Shown: positions 34,343 to 46,569, counted from the whole stretch's first letter. The stretch: DNA of 60,795 nucleotides, filler included, from Stramenopiles sp. TOSAG23-2 (GCA_900128395.1; 47 parts of 47 records of this genome joined end to end with filler, not necessarily neighbours in it); one strand, 5' to 3'. Numbers and translations: made by a program. The notes: generated by a model not told the origin, from the letters alone.

Positions 34343-34496
34343 NNNNNNNNNNNNNNNNNNNNNNNNNNNNNNNNNNNNNNNNNNNNTTAATTAATTAANN
34401 NNNNNNNNNNNNNNNNNNNNNNNNNNNNNNNNNNNNNNNNNNTGAAAAAGGATATCCTTTCTAACACATGACTCATTCATACGCTACACTCCACAG

Positions 34497-35566
34497 ACGT
34501 GATTTCTTCGGAAGATTATTATCTACTGGTAGATATTTTGGTAAAGAAGTACGTAGTGATGTTGCGCCATTGGTACAAAGTGCAGAAAACTTTTATGACA
34601 GGCGTATGTATCATCGTATACAAGATGTATTCAATCGACCAATTACTGGACCACCAGGTGCAAATGGTATGAAAATTTTAGAACGTAAAAGTACGGATTC
34701 TAATTTTTCATTTAAACAAACTGGGTATGTTAATTCGTTTCTTTTTTTTTGAATATATATCATATTCCCTCCTCCTTCTATCATCATCAATTTTTGGAAA
34801 CATACATATATATATATATATACAAACACGCACACACACACATTATACTAACAAAACAATGATCAACAAACATTATATAGCAAAACACTTGATGTTATCA
34901 ACTTAGGTTCTTATAATTATTTAGGTTTTGCAGATGATTGGCAAGAAACATGTAGGGATAGTGTATTGGAAGCATTTGATGATTTTGGTGTTGGTTTATC
35001 CTCATCCCCCGCAGATGTTGGATATTGTAAATATCATGTTCAATTAGAAAAAATGATGGCAGAATTTTTAAAAAAAGAATCATGTATTATATTTAATATG
35101 GGGTATGGTACAAATGCAACGACGATACCATCATTAATGGGTAAAGGTAGTTTAATCATATCCGATAGTTTAAACCACACTTCGATTGTAAACGGTGTAC
35201 GTGCTGCTGGCTCAACATGTAAAGTATTTAAACATGATGATCCAATACATTTGGAACAAGTATTGCGTAAAGCAATTGTGGAAGGGCAACCACGTAAAAA
35301 TCGACCATGGAGGAAAATATTAGTAATCTGTGAAGGTGTGTATTCCATGGAAGGGGAAATTTCACATTTAAAAGAAATTGTGCAAGTATGTAAAAAATAC
35401 AAAGCATATGTATATTTGGATGAAGCGCATTCCATTGGTGCTATGGGTGCGACTGGACGTGGCATTACAGAACATGCTGGTGTTGATACATCCGAAGTCG
35501 ATGTGATGATGGGTACGTTTACAAAATCATTTGGTGGAATGGGTGGTTACATTGCAGGATCAAAAG
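34497..35566 (+). CDS. LCB2: Serine palmitoyltransferase subunit 2; exons 34497-34724 and 34881-35566; partial
   Basis: ENFYDRRMYHRIQDVFNRPI, spliced TG|KTLDVINLGSYNYLGFA, SDSLNHTS, EGVYSMEG, DEAHSIGA, GTFTKSFG (PLP lysine). Confidence 0.95.
34725..34880 (+). other. Spliceosomal intron, 156 nt
   Basis: GTATGT donor, TACTAAC at 34846-34852, TAG acceptor; removal restores the LCB2 frame. Confidence 0.92.
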
Positions 35567-36890
35567 NNNNNNNNNNNNNNNNNNNNNNNNNNNNNNNNNN
35601 NNNNNNNNNNTTAATTAATTAANNNNNNNNNNNNNNNNNNNNNNNNNNNNNNNNNNNNNNNNNNNNATGAAGGACCAAATGAATTGGATTTCTTATTGCA
35701 ACGTATTCGACATAGTGCAGTAGCATTATTTGACATTGAAAAAGATTTTGTCATATAAAAAATGAAAAAAAGAATTCTGTTTCGTACATGTGATAGTTTT
35801 TTTCCACCTTGATCTATATTCGTATGATAGTGTTGTGTGTTCTAATACGAACGTAAGAGATTTATACGGTGGTATTTACCTTTTCCGTATGATACAGTAA
35901 AATAATAGTACGAATCATATATCTCTCCATATTAATATTTTAAATATTACGTGTCGTACGAAGATTCCTGTAATATTTGTTCCGACACTATATTTTTTAA
36001 AAATTATTTACGAACGAACTTCGGTGTATAATATATATTAAGGGGATTATTATTTTGCAGTGTGTGTGTGTTATTTTTAAAGCTTTCCGTTTGTTTCAAA
36101 TCTATTTCTAAGCAATTTATACAAATGTTTAGCTTTTTGTATAAAGTAGGTAGAAGGTGCAAAAGTGCAAAATATATGGCCGCCTGTATGTTTATACTTA
36201 TTAGAATACTTTCAATGAACCTCAAAACACAATCAAGATCGTCCATTATTATTATTATTTGTTACATTTATTCATATATTAAATAAAAATAAATTAATAT
36301 GAATAGAAAATAAGAAAAAGTAAAATATACATTCCTATGGTATGTCGTTGCTTATTTTTTCTTCCACTTAATGGTGAGGATACACGTATTGGCAATTCTC
36401 CTTCCATTTGATCATGATATCGCTCCATCATGAATGGTTAAATGCATATATATATATATATATATATTATTATACACAATATATGTGATCTTTTGTTTGT
36501 TTTAAAAAATCTAGATGTCGTCTTGTATTTTTCCCCCTTTTTTATATATTTTTCATCCATCATCATCATTATTATTAACTGTTATCATATATTTTGACTA
36601 TCCAAATATCCAATAATGTATATAATATATATACATGATGTATTATTATACAATAATATGTGCACAGCTGCATGTGGATAAAATATAAAAATGTGTTCGT
36701 TAGCTGGATTTTGGGGTTGCTTAGCTGGTTAGCCACTAGAGCAGCTGACATTTAAAATGAACAATTTTCCTCCGCGCCGATTCCTCCGCGNNNNNNNNNN
36801 NNNNNNNNNNNNNNNNNNNNNNNNNNNNNNNNNNTTAATTAATTAANNNNNNNNNNNNNNNNNNNNNNNNNNNNNNNNNNNNNNNNNNNN

Positions 36891-38012
36891 TGTTTCGAAC
36901 AATCCAGCAAGATTATTGACTGTTGTTAATGTAGATGAATGTTTTGGTCCTAACATTTCTTCTTGACCTTCTAATGCACGTTTATATAATGATTCAGCTT
37001 CATCGAATTTATTTTGTTTTGCGAACAAATTAGCAAGATTATTGACTGTTGTTAATGTAGATGAATGTTTTGGTCCTAACATTTCTTCTTGACCTTCTAA
37101 TGCACGTTTATATAATAATTCAGCTTCATCGAATTTATTTTGGTTGGAGTACAATAAAGCAAGATTATTGACTGATATTAACGTAGATGAATGTTTTGGT
37201 CCTAACATTTCTTCTTCACCTTCTATTGCACGTTTATATAATAATTCAGCTTCATCTAATTTATCTTGTTTGTAGAACAATACAGCAAGATTATTGACTG
37301 TTAATAATGTATCTGAATGTTTTCGTCCTAACATTTCTTCTCTACCTTCTAATGCATGTTTAAATAATAATTCAGCTTCATCCAATTTACCTTGCTCCAT
37401 TAACATTCTACCAAGCCGATTCATCAATGCCAATTTCTTCTTCACGTTAATACCACCACCAACATCTTCTCCATCACCCTCTTCCTCCTTCTCCTCCTTC
37501 CTCTCCATCTCCTTCAAATAACGTTTACCAATATCCACTAAACCACTTTGAATACCCATTTGACAATTTGAATTTACAGATTGAAAACCACCATTTGTAT
37601 CATTCACTGCTAATTTAATCTTTTCTTCATCATTTTCGTTACCTGCTTTTGAATTACGTGTATCAATATTACATAAATTCTTCATAATTTCAGTATAATC
37701 ATTTAATAACGTATCGATAAAATCATCTTCTTGACTTTTTGGTAATACAACTTCCAATTTTGATTCAGTTTCAATCGTTGAATTAATTTCCCATAAACAC
37801 CATGAACGTCTTAATGGTATTGGATTTTTCCATGGTGCTAATATTAACATGGTATGTCCTATATCACCAACTGCATCTTTAAATGTTGTTTGAAAATCAA
37901 CATTTTTCCATACATGTTGATTTACTGTACATATATCAAACCATATATAATCATTTATTGGATCAACACGTTCACTTAATGATTGTACAATATCTTCAAA
38001 TTTATATTTCCA
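36891..38012 (-). CDS. HET/TIR-like domain + 42-aa TPR repeats (often auto-annotated kinesin light chain); partial
   Basis: Frame is open from 38012: WKYKF..YIWFDICTVNQH..F..AVGDIGHTMLILAPW..P.PLRRSWCLWEI, followed by 126-bp tandem repeats (GPKHSSTL..VNNLA..EAELLYKRALEG). Confidence 0.85.
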
Positions 38013-38115
38013 TNNNNNNNNNNNNNNNNNNNNNNNNNNNNNNNNNNNNNNNNNNNNTTAATTAATTAANNNNNNNNNNNNNNNNNNNNNNNNNNNNNNN
38101 NNNNNNNNNNNNNCA

Positions 38116-39236
38116 CCGATGTCATTAGGCTTCGTTTTAGGTCCATTGGCACGTTTAATGTTGAAAATTGTTGCTGGCATTTCTACTGGTTTATTTCATG
38201 CAAGTTTTGCAACATCAGAACCAGATGAACGCCCACATATATGTACCTCGTTTTTTGGTGGGATGGATCAAGTCATTGTGACAAAAAATGGGGATCCATT
38301 ACCAAATCTAATGGAACAAGTAAAAGAAGACCCGGAAGCTAGAAAAGCCCGACGTCGATCGACAGACGCATTTGATTGTGATTTAAATGCAACATATACA
38401 TTTTCATTCCATGATATGCGTGTGGATCTGTTGAATTGGAGAATTACTAGATTGGTTAAAGATGTTGATTTGCATTCATTTTGGGAAGATCAGCCTTTAC
38501 GCTTATGTTTGTACGATGTAAAGGGAGTTCCTGATAGACATTTAAATCAAGATAAACGATATTATTTATGTATCCAATTTGAACATATTATTGGTGCGGA
38601 GAATAATGAAAAGATTGATTGGCCTGATAGTAATAGTGATGATGTTGATAATAATAATATCAATAATAACGCAGGTGACAACACCAATAACGGTGACTTG
38701 GCAATCGATCTAGATAGTAAAATGCGTCGCAGAGTATCATCACGTGATAGTAGTTCGCCAGTGAGTCAATCCATCAGCGTTCCTGCATGGATTGAATATT
38801 CCGATCAAACAAATAAACGGGTTGCATATTTGTTTTTAGTATCAACTAAAGCAAAAAGACATTTTGTATTACGCACCGTACGTGAAATTAAAGAATTGAT
38901 ACCATCATTAGACGGTGATTTTAAAGATGAGTTAAAATCACTAGTAAGTAGCTCGAAAATGTCACGAGATACATCAAAATTAAGCAGACATTCTTATTTT
39001 GAAAGAAAACGCCGTTCATTGGATTTAATTGTCCAAGCCCATTGTGCCTCTACTAGGAAAAATCGTATTGCAATTAACCATTTCGTGAAAGATCGTACAA
39101 ATGGGTTGGAACATATTGTCTTGCGCCGTACAGTTGAAAAAGATCGATTCAAGGTCTTGTCACGACGTCCATCATCAACATTTGCAAATATTTTTCTTGA
39201 ATGCTCCGTTCTATTTGCTGAATGGGAAACATTTTG
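38116..39236 (+). CDS. DUF1769-domain protein fragment
   Basis: YTFSF...DLLNW...DLHSFWEDQPLRLCLY motif. Confidence 0.7.
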
Positions 39237-39650
39237 NNNNNNNNNNNNNNNNNNNNNNNNNNNNNNNNNNNNNNNNNNNNTTAATTAATTAANNNNNNNN
39301 NNNNNNNNNNNNNNNNNNNNNNNNNNNNNNNNNNNNGTTTCGCATCAACTTCTTGCGCGTGTTGGTATAATTCCATACCAGCTGCTTACCAGGCTTACCT
39401 TAACCTGGTACTAAAGCTGGACAAACAACAAATAATAAAAATATAATAAAGTAAAACACAACAACCACACGCGGCCTATCGATAGATCAAAAAGAATCTT
39501 TTTGTATAGATAGTTAGTGGAGAGAGTAAAAGTAAATCATATACTAAATAAAAACACAACAACCACATATATATATCATCAAATATAAAACAATATAAAA
39601 GAAAATCAGACAAAGAACATTTAAAAGTATTGCTATATATAAATTGAAAC

Positions 39651-40459
39651 ATGACATCATTACCGCCTGCGAAGAAACAGAAGACGTCCTCGAGTAATGG
39701 CCATTCAACGAAACCAATACGCATTGGTGGTGTACCTGAACATTTTAATTATTTGTTTACATTGGCAAAAGAGCGTGGATTATATGAAAAATATAATGTG
39801 GATGTAGAGTTTGTTATAAAAAAATGTGGTACAGGCGCAATGATTGAATCATTGAAAAATAAGGAAGTCGATATGATTGTTGCATTGACTGAAGGATTAG
39901 TTGCCGATATTACCAAAGGTAGCAATGTTCGGATATTGGGTACGTATGTACAATCACCACTATGTTGGGCTATTTCAGCAGGTTCACAAAGTGAAATTCA
40001 TAGTGTAGGTGACTTAAAAGGTGGAACATTTGCAATAAGTCGTTATGGTTCAGGTTCACATTTAATGGCATATGTGCTGGCTATGCAACGTGGTTGGGAT
40101 CCACAGAAAGATATTAATTTCAAGGTTGTTGGCGCTTTCAAAGCATTGCGTGATTCCGTAAATGACTTATCTTCTGGTAACGGGACATCAGCTTTTATGT
40201 GGGAAACGTTTACAACGAAACCATATCATGATTCGGGAGAAGTTCGACGAGTTGGTGATATTACTACGCCATGGCCATGTTTCATGGTTGCTGGTTTAGA
40301 AGATCGTGTAACAGAACGATTAGACGATTACAAACGTGCATTAGCAGCGGTAAATGAAGCTGCCCAAATGTTTAAAATGGAACGAACTACAATGCCTTTA
40401 ACTATATCAAAAAATTATGGAATTAATGAAGAAGATGCGAGATTGTGGTTCAAAGGTGT
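39651..40459 (+). CDS. Periplasmic-binding-protein type 2 fold protein (NMT1/THI5-like, Ca3427 family); 3' truncated
   Basis: IRIGGVPEHF, GTGAM, VALTEG, SPLCWAI, ISRYGSGSHLM, FMWETFTTKP, TPWPCF. Confidence 0.88.
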
Positions 40460-41065
40460 NNNNNNNNNNNNNNNNNNNNNNNNNNNNNNNNNNNNNNNNN
40501 NNNTTAATTAATTAANNNNNNNNNNNNNNNNNNNNNNNNNNNNNNNNNNNNNNNNNNNNATGGATATCTTTATATATATATATATACTCAAGTGCAACCT
40601 GTCGTGCTGTCGTAGACGGAAAAGGCTGTGCTTTTAAGGAAGAAGATATTCTATACTTAAAATTCCAAAAAAAAGGCTGTTGTTTCGAATGGTTCAAGTT
40701 CAAGCTTTACTTTTTTAGTATATCGCTACAGCATTATATACGCCTCATAATACTGCTGGACTGATTACGACAACATGGCACCATGCGGAACTCCAGAACT
40801 CTCTTCCTTTTTTCTCTCATAGTTTATTTCATACTAAGTGCCTAATACTACCTGTAATACAGTATTAATACCGGTATTGTAATACCAGTATATAGTAATA
40901 TACATCAGCGTATTATACACTATAAACTTTTAGTTAGAGCTAGTAATAATATATAACATCATAGACTAGAAACACATACCAAAAGTAGAAAATATATAAA
41001 GTAAAAGAAGGCCATTTGATTCCATAACAAGCATAAACACTTTCATTCAGGTACTAAGAATCAAT

Positions 41066-41646
41066 ATGCAAGACCAATCATCAAACGACGATGATGAAAT
41101 GATGGGTTATATAAGAACACCCCTTGTGCCTAATAATAATTATGATGATGAACGACCATCTGCTAGCAAGAATGCGAAAAAAATTCTTCGGATAATTACT
41201 ATAACGACCATAGCTTTTCTTAGTGTATATTTATTGATTTTGCCAGCTGTCGTAAGCATCGTTGTTGTTTTTGAACCTTTAAGTGTTGTAGATTTAAGAA
41301 TATTAGGGCTTCCAACAGATGATGAGCAGAAAATAATGCAATCATCTAGAATAGGTGGTCAAAACCCGTTGTCGAAGTCAATCAGTAATTTGAAAAAAAA
41401 TAGTGCAAATAAGCCGACATTTCCAACGCTCCACGTGGTCACAACATTGAAGCTAAGCAAGTCACTTCCAGCAAACGCCGAATTGAAAACCAGTGCGTTG
41501 AAAGTTTCTTATCGTGGCATGCATTTAGGAACAATTGTACCAAACCAGCCATTAGACACCACTGTAAAATCTGAAGTTACTTTCAACTCATCCATGCAAG
41601 TCGAAACAACGACAGGTTTTCACAAACTCGGCCAGGAATTAGTCCA
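41066..41646 (+). CDS. Single-pass membrane protein with a beta-rich LEA2/DUF3712-like region; truncated
   Basis: One TM helix, then VSYRGMHLGTI and F..LGQELV patterns. Confidence 0.55.
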
Positions 41647-41680
41647 AGATCGGAAGAGCACACGTCTGAACTCCAGTCAC
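41647..41680 (+). other. Illumina TruSeq adapter contamination
   Basis: AGATCGGAAGAGCACACGTCTGAACTCCAGTCAC, exact; translates as DRKSTRLNSSH. Confidence 0.99.
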
Positions 41681-41783
41681 GCNNNNNNNNNNNNNNNNNN
41701 NNNNNNNNNNNNNNNNNNNNNNNNNNTTAATTAATTAANNNNNNNNNNNNNNNNNNNNNNNNNNNNNNNNNNNNNNNNNNNNT

Positions 41784-42522
41784 AAATATTTCAGTGGACG
41801 TTTAAATACAACTAATGGGAAATATTTATATGGTGATGATATTACTGCAATTGATTTACAATTGTTGTAAGTATATATATACATTTATATACATATATAT
41901 GAATATCTATTGTAACAAAAAAAAATTATAATAATTAGATCATCTAACAACACAAAATATTTTAATAAAAAAACATTACTCTATATCATATATGCATATA
42001 GAGGGCATTTATATATATACATTTATATACATATATATGAATATCTATTGTAACAAAAAAAAATAAAGATCATCTAACAACACAAAATATTTTAATAAAA
42101 AAACATTACTCTATATCATATATGCATATAGAGGGCATTTTCAATGCATGTTTAGTGGTACTAAATCATTTGGACCATTAAGTGAAGAAGTAATTCCAAT
42201 TATTGATGAATATCCAAACTTATGGACATGGTTAAAAAATATGCATATGCATCCATCATTAAAAAATTATGATCGATTTTATACAAGAATACATTCTTCT
42301 GTTTCAAGACGTTTAGGTACGACGGAGGAAGATATGAATTATGAAGCAGTACGTGCAGATTGGTTTCATTTTTTAGAATATTATCTAGGCATGTATGGAT
42401 TGGCCACTATCTTTCCTTTGACAAGCCTATCCGTCGTTGGATTAAGTGTCATATTATCACGTTTTGCACCAAATGTAAGGAAGGAAATACAAAATCGATT
42501 GTTTCTTCAAAGTAAATTGTGA
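41784..42522 (+). CDS. GST-C-like protein, 3' part, with PTS1; exons 41784-41866 and 42132-42522
   Basis: KYLYGDDITAIDLQL|LGHFQCM..YPNLWTWLKNM; GTAAGT donor, CTAAC, TAG acceptor; ends SKL. The intron carries a duplicated segment. Confidence 0.75.
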
Positions 42523-43195
42523 GTAGTGTTTGTTGAGATACGTATTACATAATAATCAATCATCTATATTACAAAATTGTATATATATATATATGAAATC
42601 AATCTAAATATCGTATATAATTTTGATAAAAAAATCCCCTATATATATTCAATAAATTAGTATTCTTTATCTGTACTTCTTCTTTTCGATTACATCATTT
42701 TAATTTTTTGATTTCAACAACATAAATTCATTTGAATATTTCTATATATATATTATATAGACTAGATACAAATTCAAAAGTGCAACAAAGCAAACAAATA
42801 CAATATAAAAATCGCCTATAATCCAACAAACAAATATATAACAAAAAAAATCATTATGGAACGTTCATCAATCGAATGGGAGGGAAAAACCATGCAACAA
42901 TTGGANNNNNNNNNNNNNNNNNNNNNNNNNNNNNNNNNNNNNNNNNNNNTTAATTAATTAANNNNNNNNNNNNNNNNNNNNNNNNNNNNNNNNNNNNNNN
43001 NNNNNGCCATGTTTTCTGTTTTTCATTTCCTATCATATTTATACTTAAAATAGTACTTTTCATATACTCAGTAGATTTGTAGTGTTTGATATATTTGATA
43101 GGTCAAATTAGGTATTTTTTGTACTTGAGAGACCCAAGTATTATTTATTCGTAAAAAAATTTAAATATTTATTCTGTAAAAAAAATTTATATTAT

Positions 43196-43936
43196 TTATA
43201 TCAACCCGGTTTCTGCTTCATGATCAGCTTCCTCCATATAATGCAATTCATCTTCTTCATCATCGTATACTACATATTCTTCTTCATTCCATCCACGATC
43301 TGCACCTGGAGAACCTATATGAACATATTCTTCGGTTGCATAACCTTCTTTTGTCTCTTCTTTTTCTTTCTCTTCTTTCTTCTCATCTTCCTCATCTGGT
43401 GGTGGAGGCGGTGGACCTGTCAAAATATGTTTTATCTTGGTGGGCATTTTTATACTTTCACGTTCTTTTTTCAATTGCTGATTCCATGTATCCAATTCAA
43501 ATGTAGAATGTGCAAATACACACTTATCACCGCGATCACATCTTTTATTACTTTTAAAATGCCGGCATAGCTGATATCTTATTATAGAAATTATTTTTAC
43601 AGATGGACGAGGACGTACGGTAGGTTGATTATTACCCTTATTTGTTTTTACTATTTTTGTCTTTTCTTTTCCATCTGACACATTATATTTATGATATTTA
43701 GGACGACTCTCTTCCATGCCAATTCCTATTGTATTATCTATTACTTTCACGCCTCTCATACTCTCAATCGTTACTTTCCTCACGCTGGTAACGTTTTGGT
43801 ATTTATTTTCAATATTTTTGATATGGCGATTAATTTTTTCCTTTTGACTTAACGATGGACCTAAACGAAAAATGTCCATATTACCTTCTTTCTCCATCAT
43901 TGTATTGCAATGTTTATGATTGAAGAACGATTGCAA
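43196..43936 (-). CDS. CCCH zinc-finger protein
   Basis: C-x8-C-x5-C-x3-H (CRHFKSNKRCDRGDKCVFAH) plus S..EL..W; acidic tail; start uncertain. Confidence 0.78.
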   Translation of the reverse strand: MQSFFNHKHCNTMMEKEGNMDIFRLGPSLSQKEKINRHIKNIENKYQNVTSVRKVTIESMRGVKVIDNTIGIGMEESRPKYHKYNVSDGKEKTKIVKTNKGNNQPTVRPRPSVKIISIIRYQLCRHFKSNKRCDRGDKCVFAHSTFELDTWNQQLKKERESIKMPTKIKHILTGPPPPPPDEEDEKKEEKEKEETKEGYATEEYVHIGSPGADRGWNEEEYVVYDDEEDELHYMEEADHEAETGLI

Positions 43937-44227
43937 TGGTTTTTGATTGATAGACGATGCGATTACATACTACTATATCTGCGTATATACATTTCCTGTT
44001 ATATTATTCTTGATTATAATTTCGTTGATTTAGATTATTGATTAGCAACATTACGATGGAAATAATAATAATAGGAATAAAATAATTATTATTTCCTGAC
44101 TTTTATTCAGGATATCCTAAAAATTAANNNNNNNNNNNNNNNNNNNNNNNNNNNNNNNNNNNNNNNNNNNNTTAATTAATTAANNNNNNNNNNNNNNNNN
44201 NNNNNNNNNNNNNNNNNNNNNNNNNNN

Positions 44228-44470
44228 ACAAAGGACAAGTCAAAGAGGTTAAAGATGATTAGAAAGAAAAAGGAATCAGTGTCTCGTGAGGATTTGTGTC
44301 GTGGTTTACCGAATGAATTCAAGGTATATTTCGAGTATGTTGATTCTTTGGGGTATTCTGAAAAGCCGAAATATTCATCATTAATAAAGTTGTTTACTGA
44401 TTTGTTTACGAGTATTGGGTATACAGACAAGACTTTGGAATGGGAAAGGGACAAGTGTGAAACGGAATAA
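44228..44470 (+). CDS. Casein kinase 1-like C-terminus (virus-like contig)
   Basis: KK..S.EDLCRGLPNEF..YF.YV.SL.Y.EKP.Y..L..LF; no long C-terminal tail. Confidence 0.8.
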   Translation, partial: TKDKSKRLKMIRKKKESVSREDLCRGLPNEFKVYFEYVDSLGYSEKPKYSSLIKLFTDLFTSIGYTDKTLEWERDKCETE

Positions 44471-44497
44471 TGAATGTAATTTTGTTTGATAATACTA

Positions 44498-45349
44498 ATG
44501 AATTGGATTAGTATTATAATTGTGGTATTGTTGTGTATGGTATTTTTTTTTGGTGGTTCTGCGAGTGTAAAGACGAGTGAGCCATTGGTGTTGTTGAAGG
44601 ATATATCAAAGTTTGTGATGGAGCCGGTGCAAAATAATTCTGCGTATTTGGTGAGATCTGATCGTGATTCGTATTTGGTGGACAACAGTGACTTGGAGTA
44701 TTACAATGAAAAGCGTGATAGAGAAATAGTTACTCAAAAGAGGTTTAATGACGAATTAAAGAGTCGTGGTTTAAGATGTGTGCCGTCAAGAAGGGAGCAG
44801 ATTCCTATTGACGAGTATTTGGTGAATGAGTTGATTGGCGGTAATTTTATAGAGAACGAGGTGCGTCCCGAGGTGCGTCCCGAGGTGTATCGTGATACGC
44901 AGAATGTGCATGACACGCATGTCCAGAGAGATTTGAGAATGGTGTATTCAGGTGTGAAAGAGACATCAAAGGAGGCTAATCGTGTGTTTAGTGAGAATGA
45001 TATAGTGCGTTTTGCGTCGACTTTGAACAAGGACACTGAGAAGCTTTCGCGGGTAATAACTACGTTAAAGTCTAGGAAGGGAAATGTGACGAATTTCTCA
45101 GGTGATACCGAGTACACAATTCTTCGCAATACTTGGAAATCGGGTAATGACAATGTGAGGGAGCAGATTATAAATAATTTGTTGGATTGTGAGAGTACGA
45201 CGTCTTTGGGTGATTCTGTGGTGTGTCCAACGGGTACATCTTCTAGGATAGTAGAGTCTGTGTTTATCGAGACACCAGAATTAATGCCCAAGACCAAGGA
45301 TACTTTGGTGCAAGAAATGTTGGCAAAGGCGGGTGCGATAAGGGGAACG
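44498..45349 (+). CDS. Giant-virus-type hypothetical protein (DxQNVHD ... CxTGxxxR family) with N-terminal TM; truncated
   Basis: DTQNVHDTHVQ and VVCPTGTSSRIV motifs; 27-nt intergenic gap; G/T-skewed codon usage unlike host genes. Confidence 0.7.
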
Positions 45350-45716
45350 NNNNNNNNNNNNNNNNNNNNNNNNNNNNNNNNNNNNNNNNNNNNTTAATTA
45401 ATTAANNNNNNNNNNNNNNNNNNNNNNNNNNNNNNNNNNNNNNNNNNNNCTAACTCACACCCTTAAAAAACAAATGTAGGGCCCTCGCCGTATGGCATTT
45501 TTTTTATATTTTAATTGATGTTGAAATTTCGTAATAATGTTGCTAATAATATCATCTATTATTAATTCGTCGCCATCATCATTCGTATAACAGATAGAAA
45601 AAAGCACAAAAGTGTACTAAATAGTTTGTACTGTGCACATGCTATTTTTCTAGCGTACAAACCGTGACAAAACAAATTAAAACACTAAATTTACTGTGTA
45701 TCATTGTGCTATTCAA

Positions 45717-46034
45717 CCTTGTCAATAAGAGGGAAATAAGTGCCTCGAAAAAGTGTTGCAGTGGTTGGGATAGGATTAGGTTTAATTTAAGTACTACTTT
45801 AGTATACTAATATATGCATATTTGATAGAGAGTTACTGGTATTGCAAAAAATCCAAAAACAGCCAATACTTATTTTGATGAATTTACTAAGAATATCCGA
45901 TTTTTGCAATACCAGGAACTCACTATCAAATATGCATATATTAGTATACTAATGTAGTACTTATATTAACCCTACTCCTATCCCAACCACTGCTACACTT
46001 TTTCGAGGCACTTATTTCCCTCTTATTGACACGG
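45717..46034. mobile_element. Fold-back element / MITE with ~135-bp inverted arms and a ~45-nt spacer
   Basis: 45717-45853 is the reverse complement of 45899-46034 with about 8 mismatches; CC...GG ends flanked by TCAA/TTTA. Confidence 0.8.
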
Positions 46035-46320
46035 TTTATATATGTAGCTGCAGCAACTATTTTTATAATACAGTGTACAGTATTACGACCTCGTACTGGT
46101 ACAACTTGTAACGAAGTTAAAATGTTTATGTTTAAGTGTATAGATAATTTATTAATTTTGTACTTGTTAGAATAGTAACTATATCTCAACTTTTACTAAC
46201 AATTTTACGCCGAAGAACATTGTTCAAATTTAAATTGAACACTGAACATGCCCTGACAAGGAAAATCTCTGTTTTCCAGAGTACCGGGAGCCACTGAACA
46301 CCCATTTGCCTTTTTTTTTT

Positions 46321-46569
46321 TTACATTCTTGACCTCATACGTTTTCGTTTTGGTTTTAAAATTGATGCATCCAATGTAGATTCAGACTCGTTATGAAATA
46401 AAGAACCAAGATTCATATCTTCATAGTCTGTATTTTCAACATTGTCTCCCCACGGGAATGGTGAATTACTATCACCTAAGAAATTGCCATTTTGAAACCA
46501 GGCACTTTCATCAAAATTAAAAGTTTCATTATTACCTTCATCTTCTAAAGAAAATAAGCGTTTACCATT
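46321..46569 (-). CDS. Gene 3' end with acidic region and basic NLS-like tail (KPKRKRMRSRM*)
   Basis: Manual translation; open from the contig edge. Confidence 0.6.
   Translation of the reverse strand, partial: NGKRLFSLEDEGNNETFNFDESAWFQNGNFLGDSNSPFPWGDNVENTDYEDMNLGSLFHNESESTLDASILKPKRKRMRSRM

Noticed and set aside
36891..37420. Kinesin light chain
   Set aside because: Only the TPR type is shared. The N-terminal domain is HET/TIR-like and the repeats are recently homogenised, unlike true KLC.
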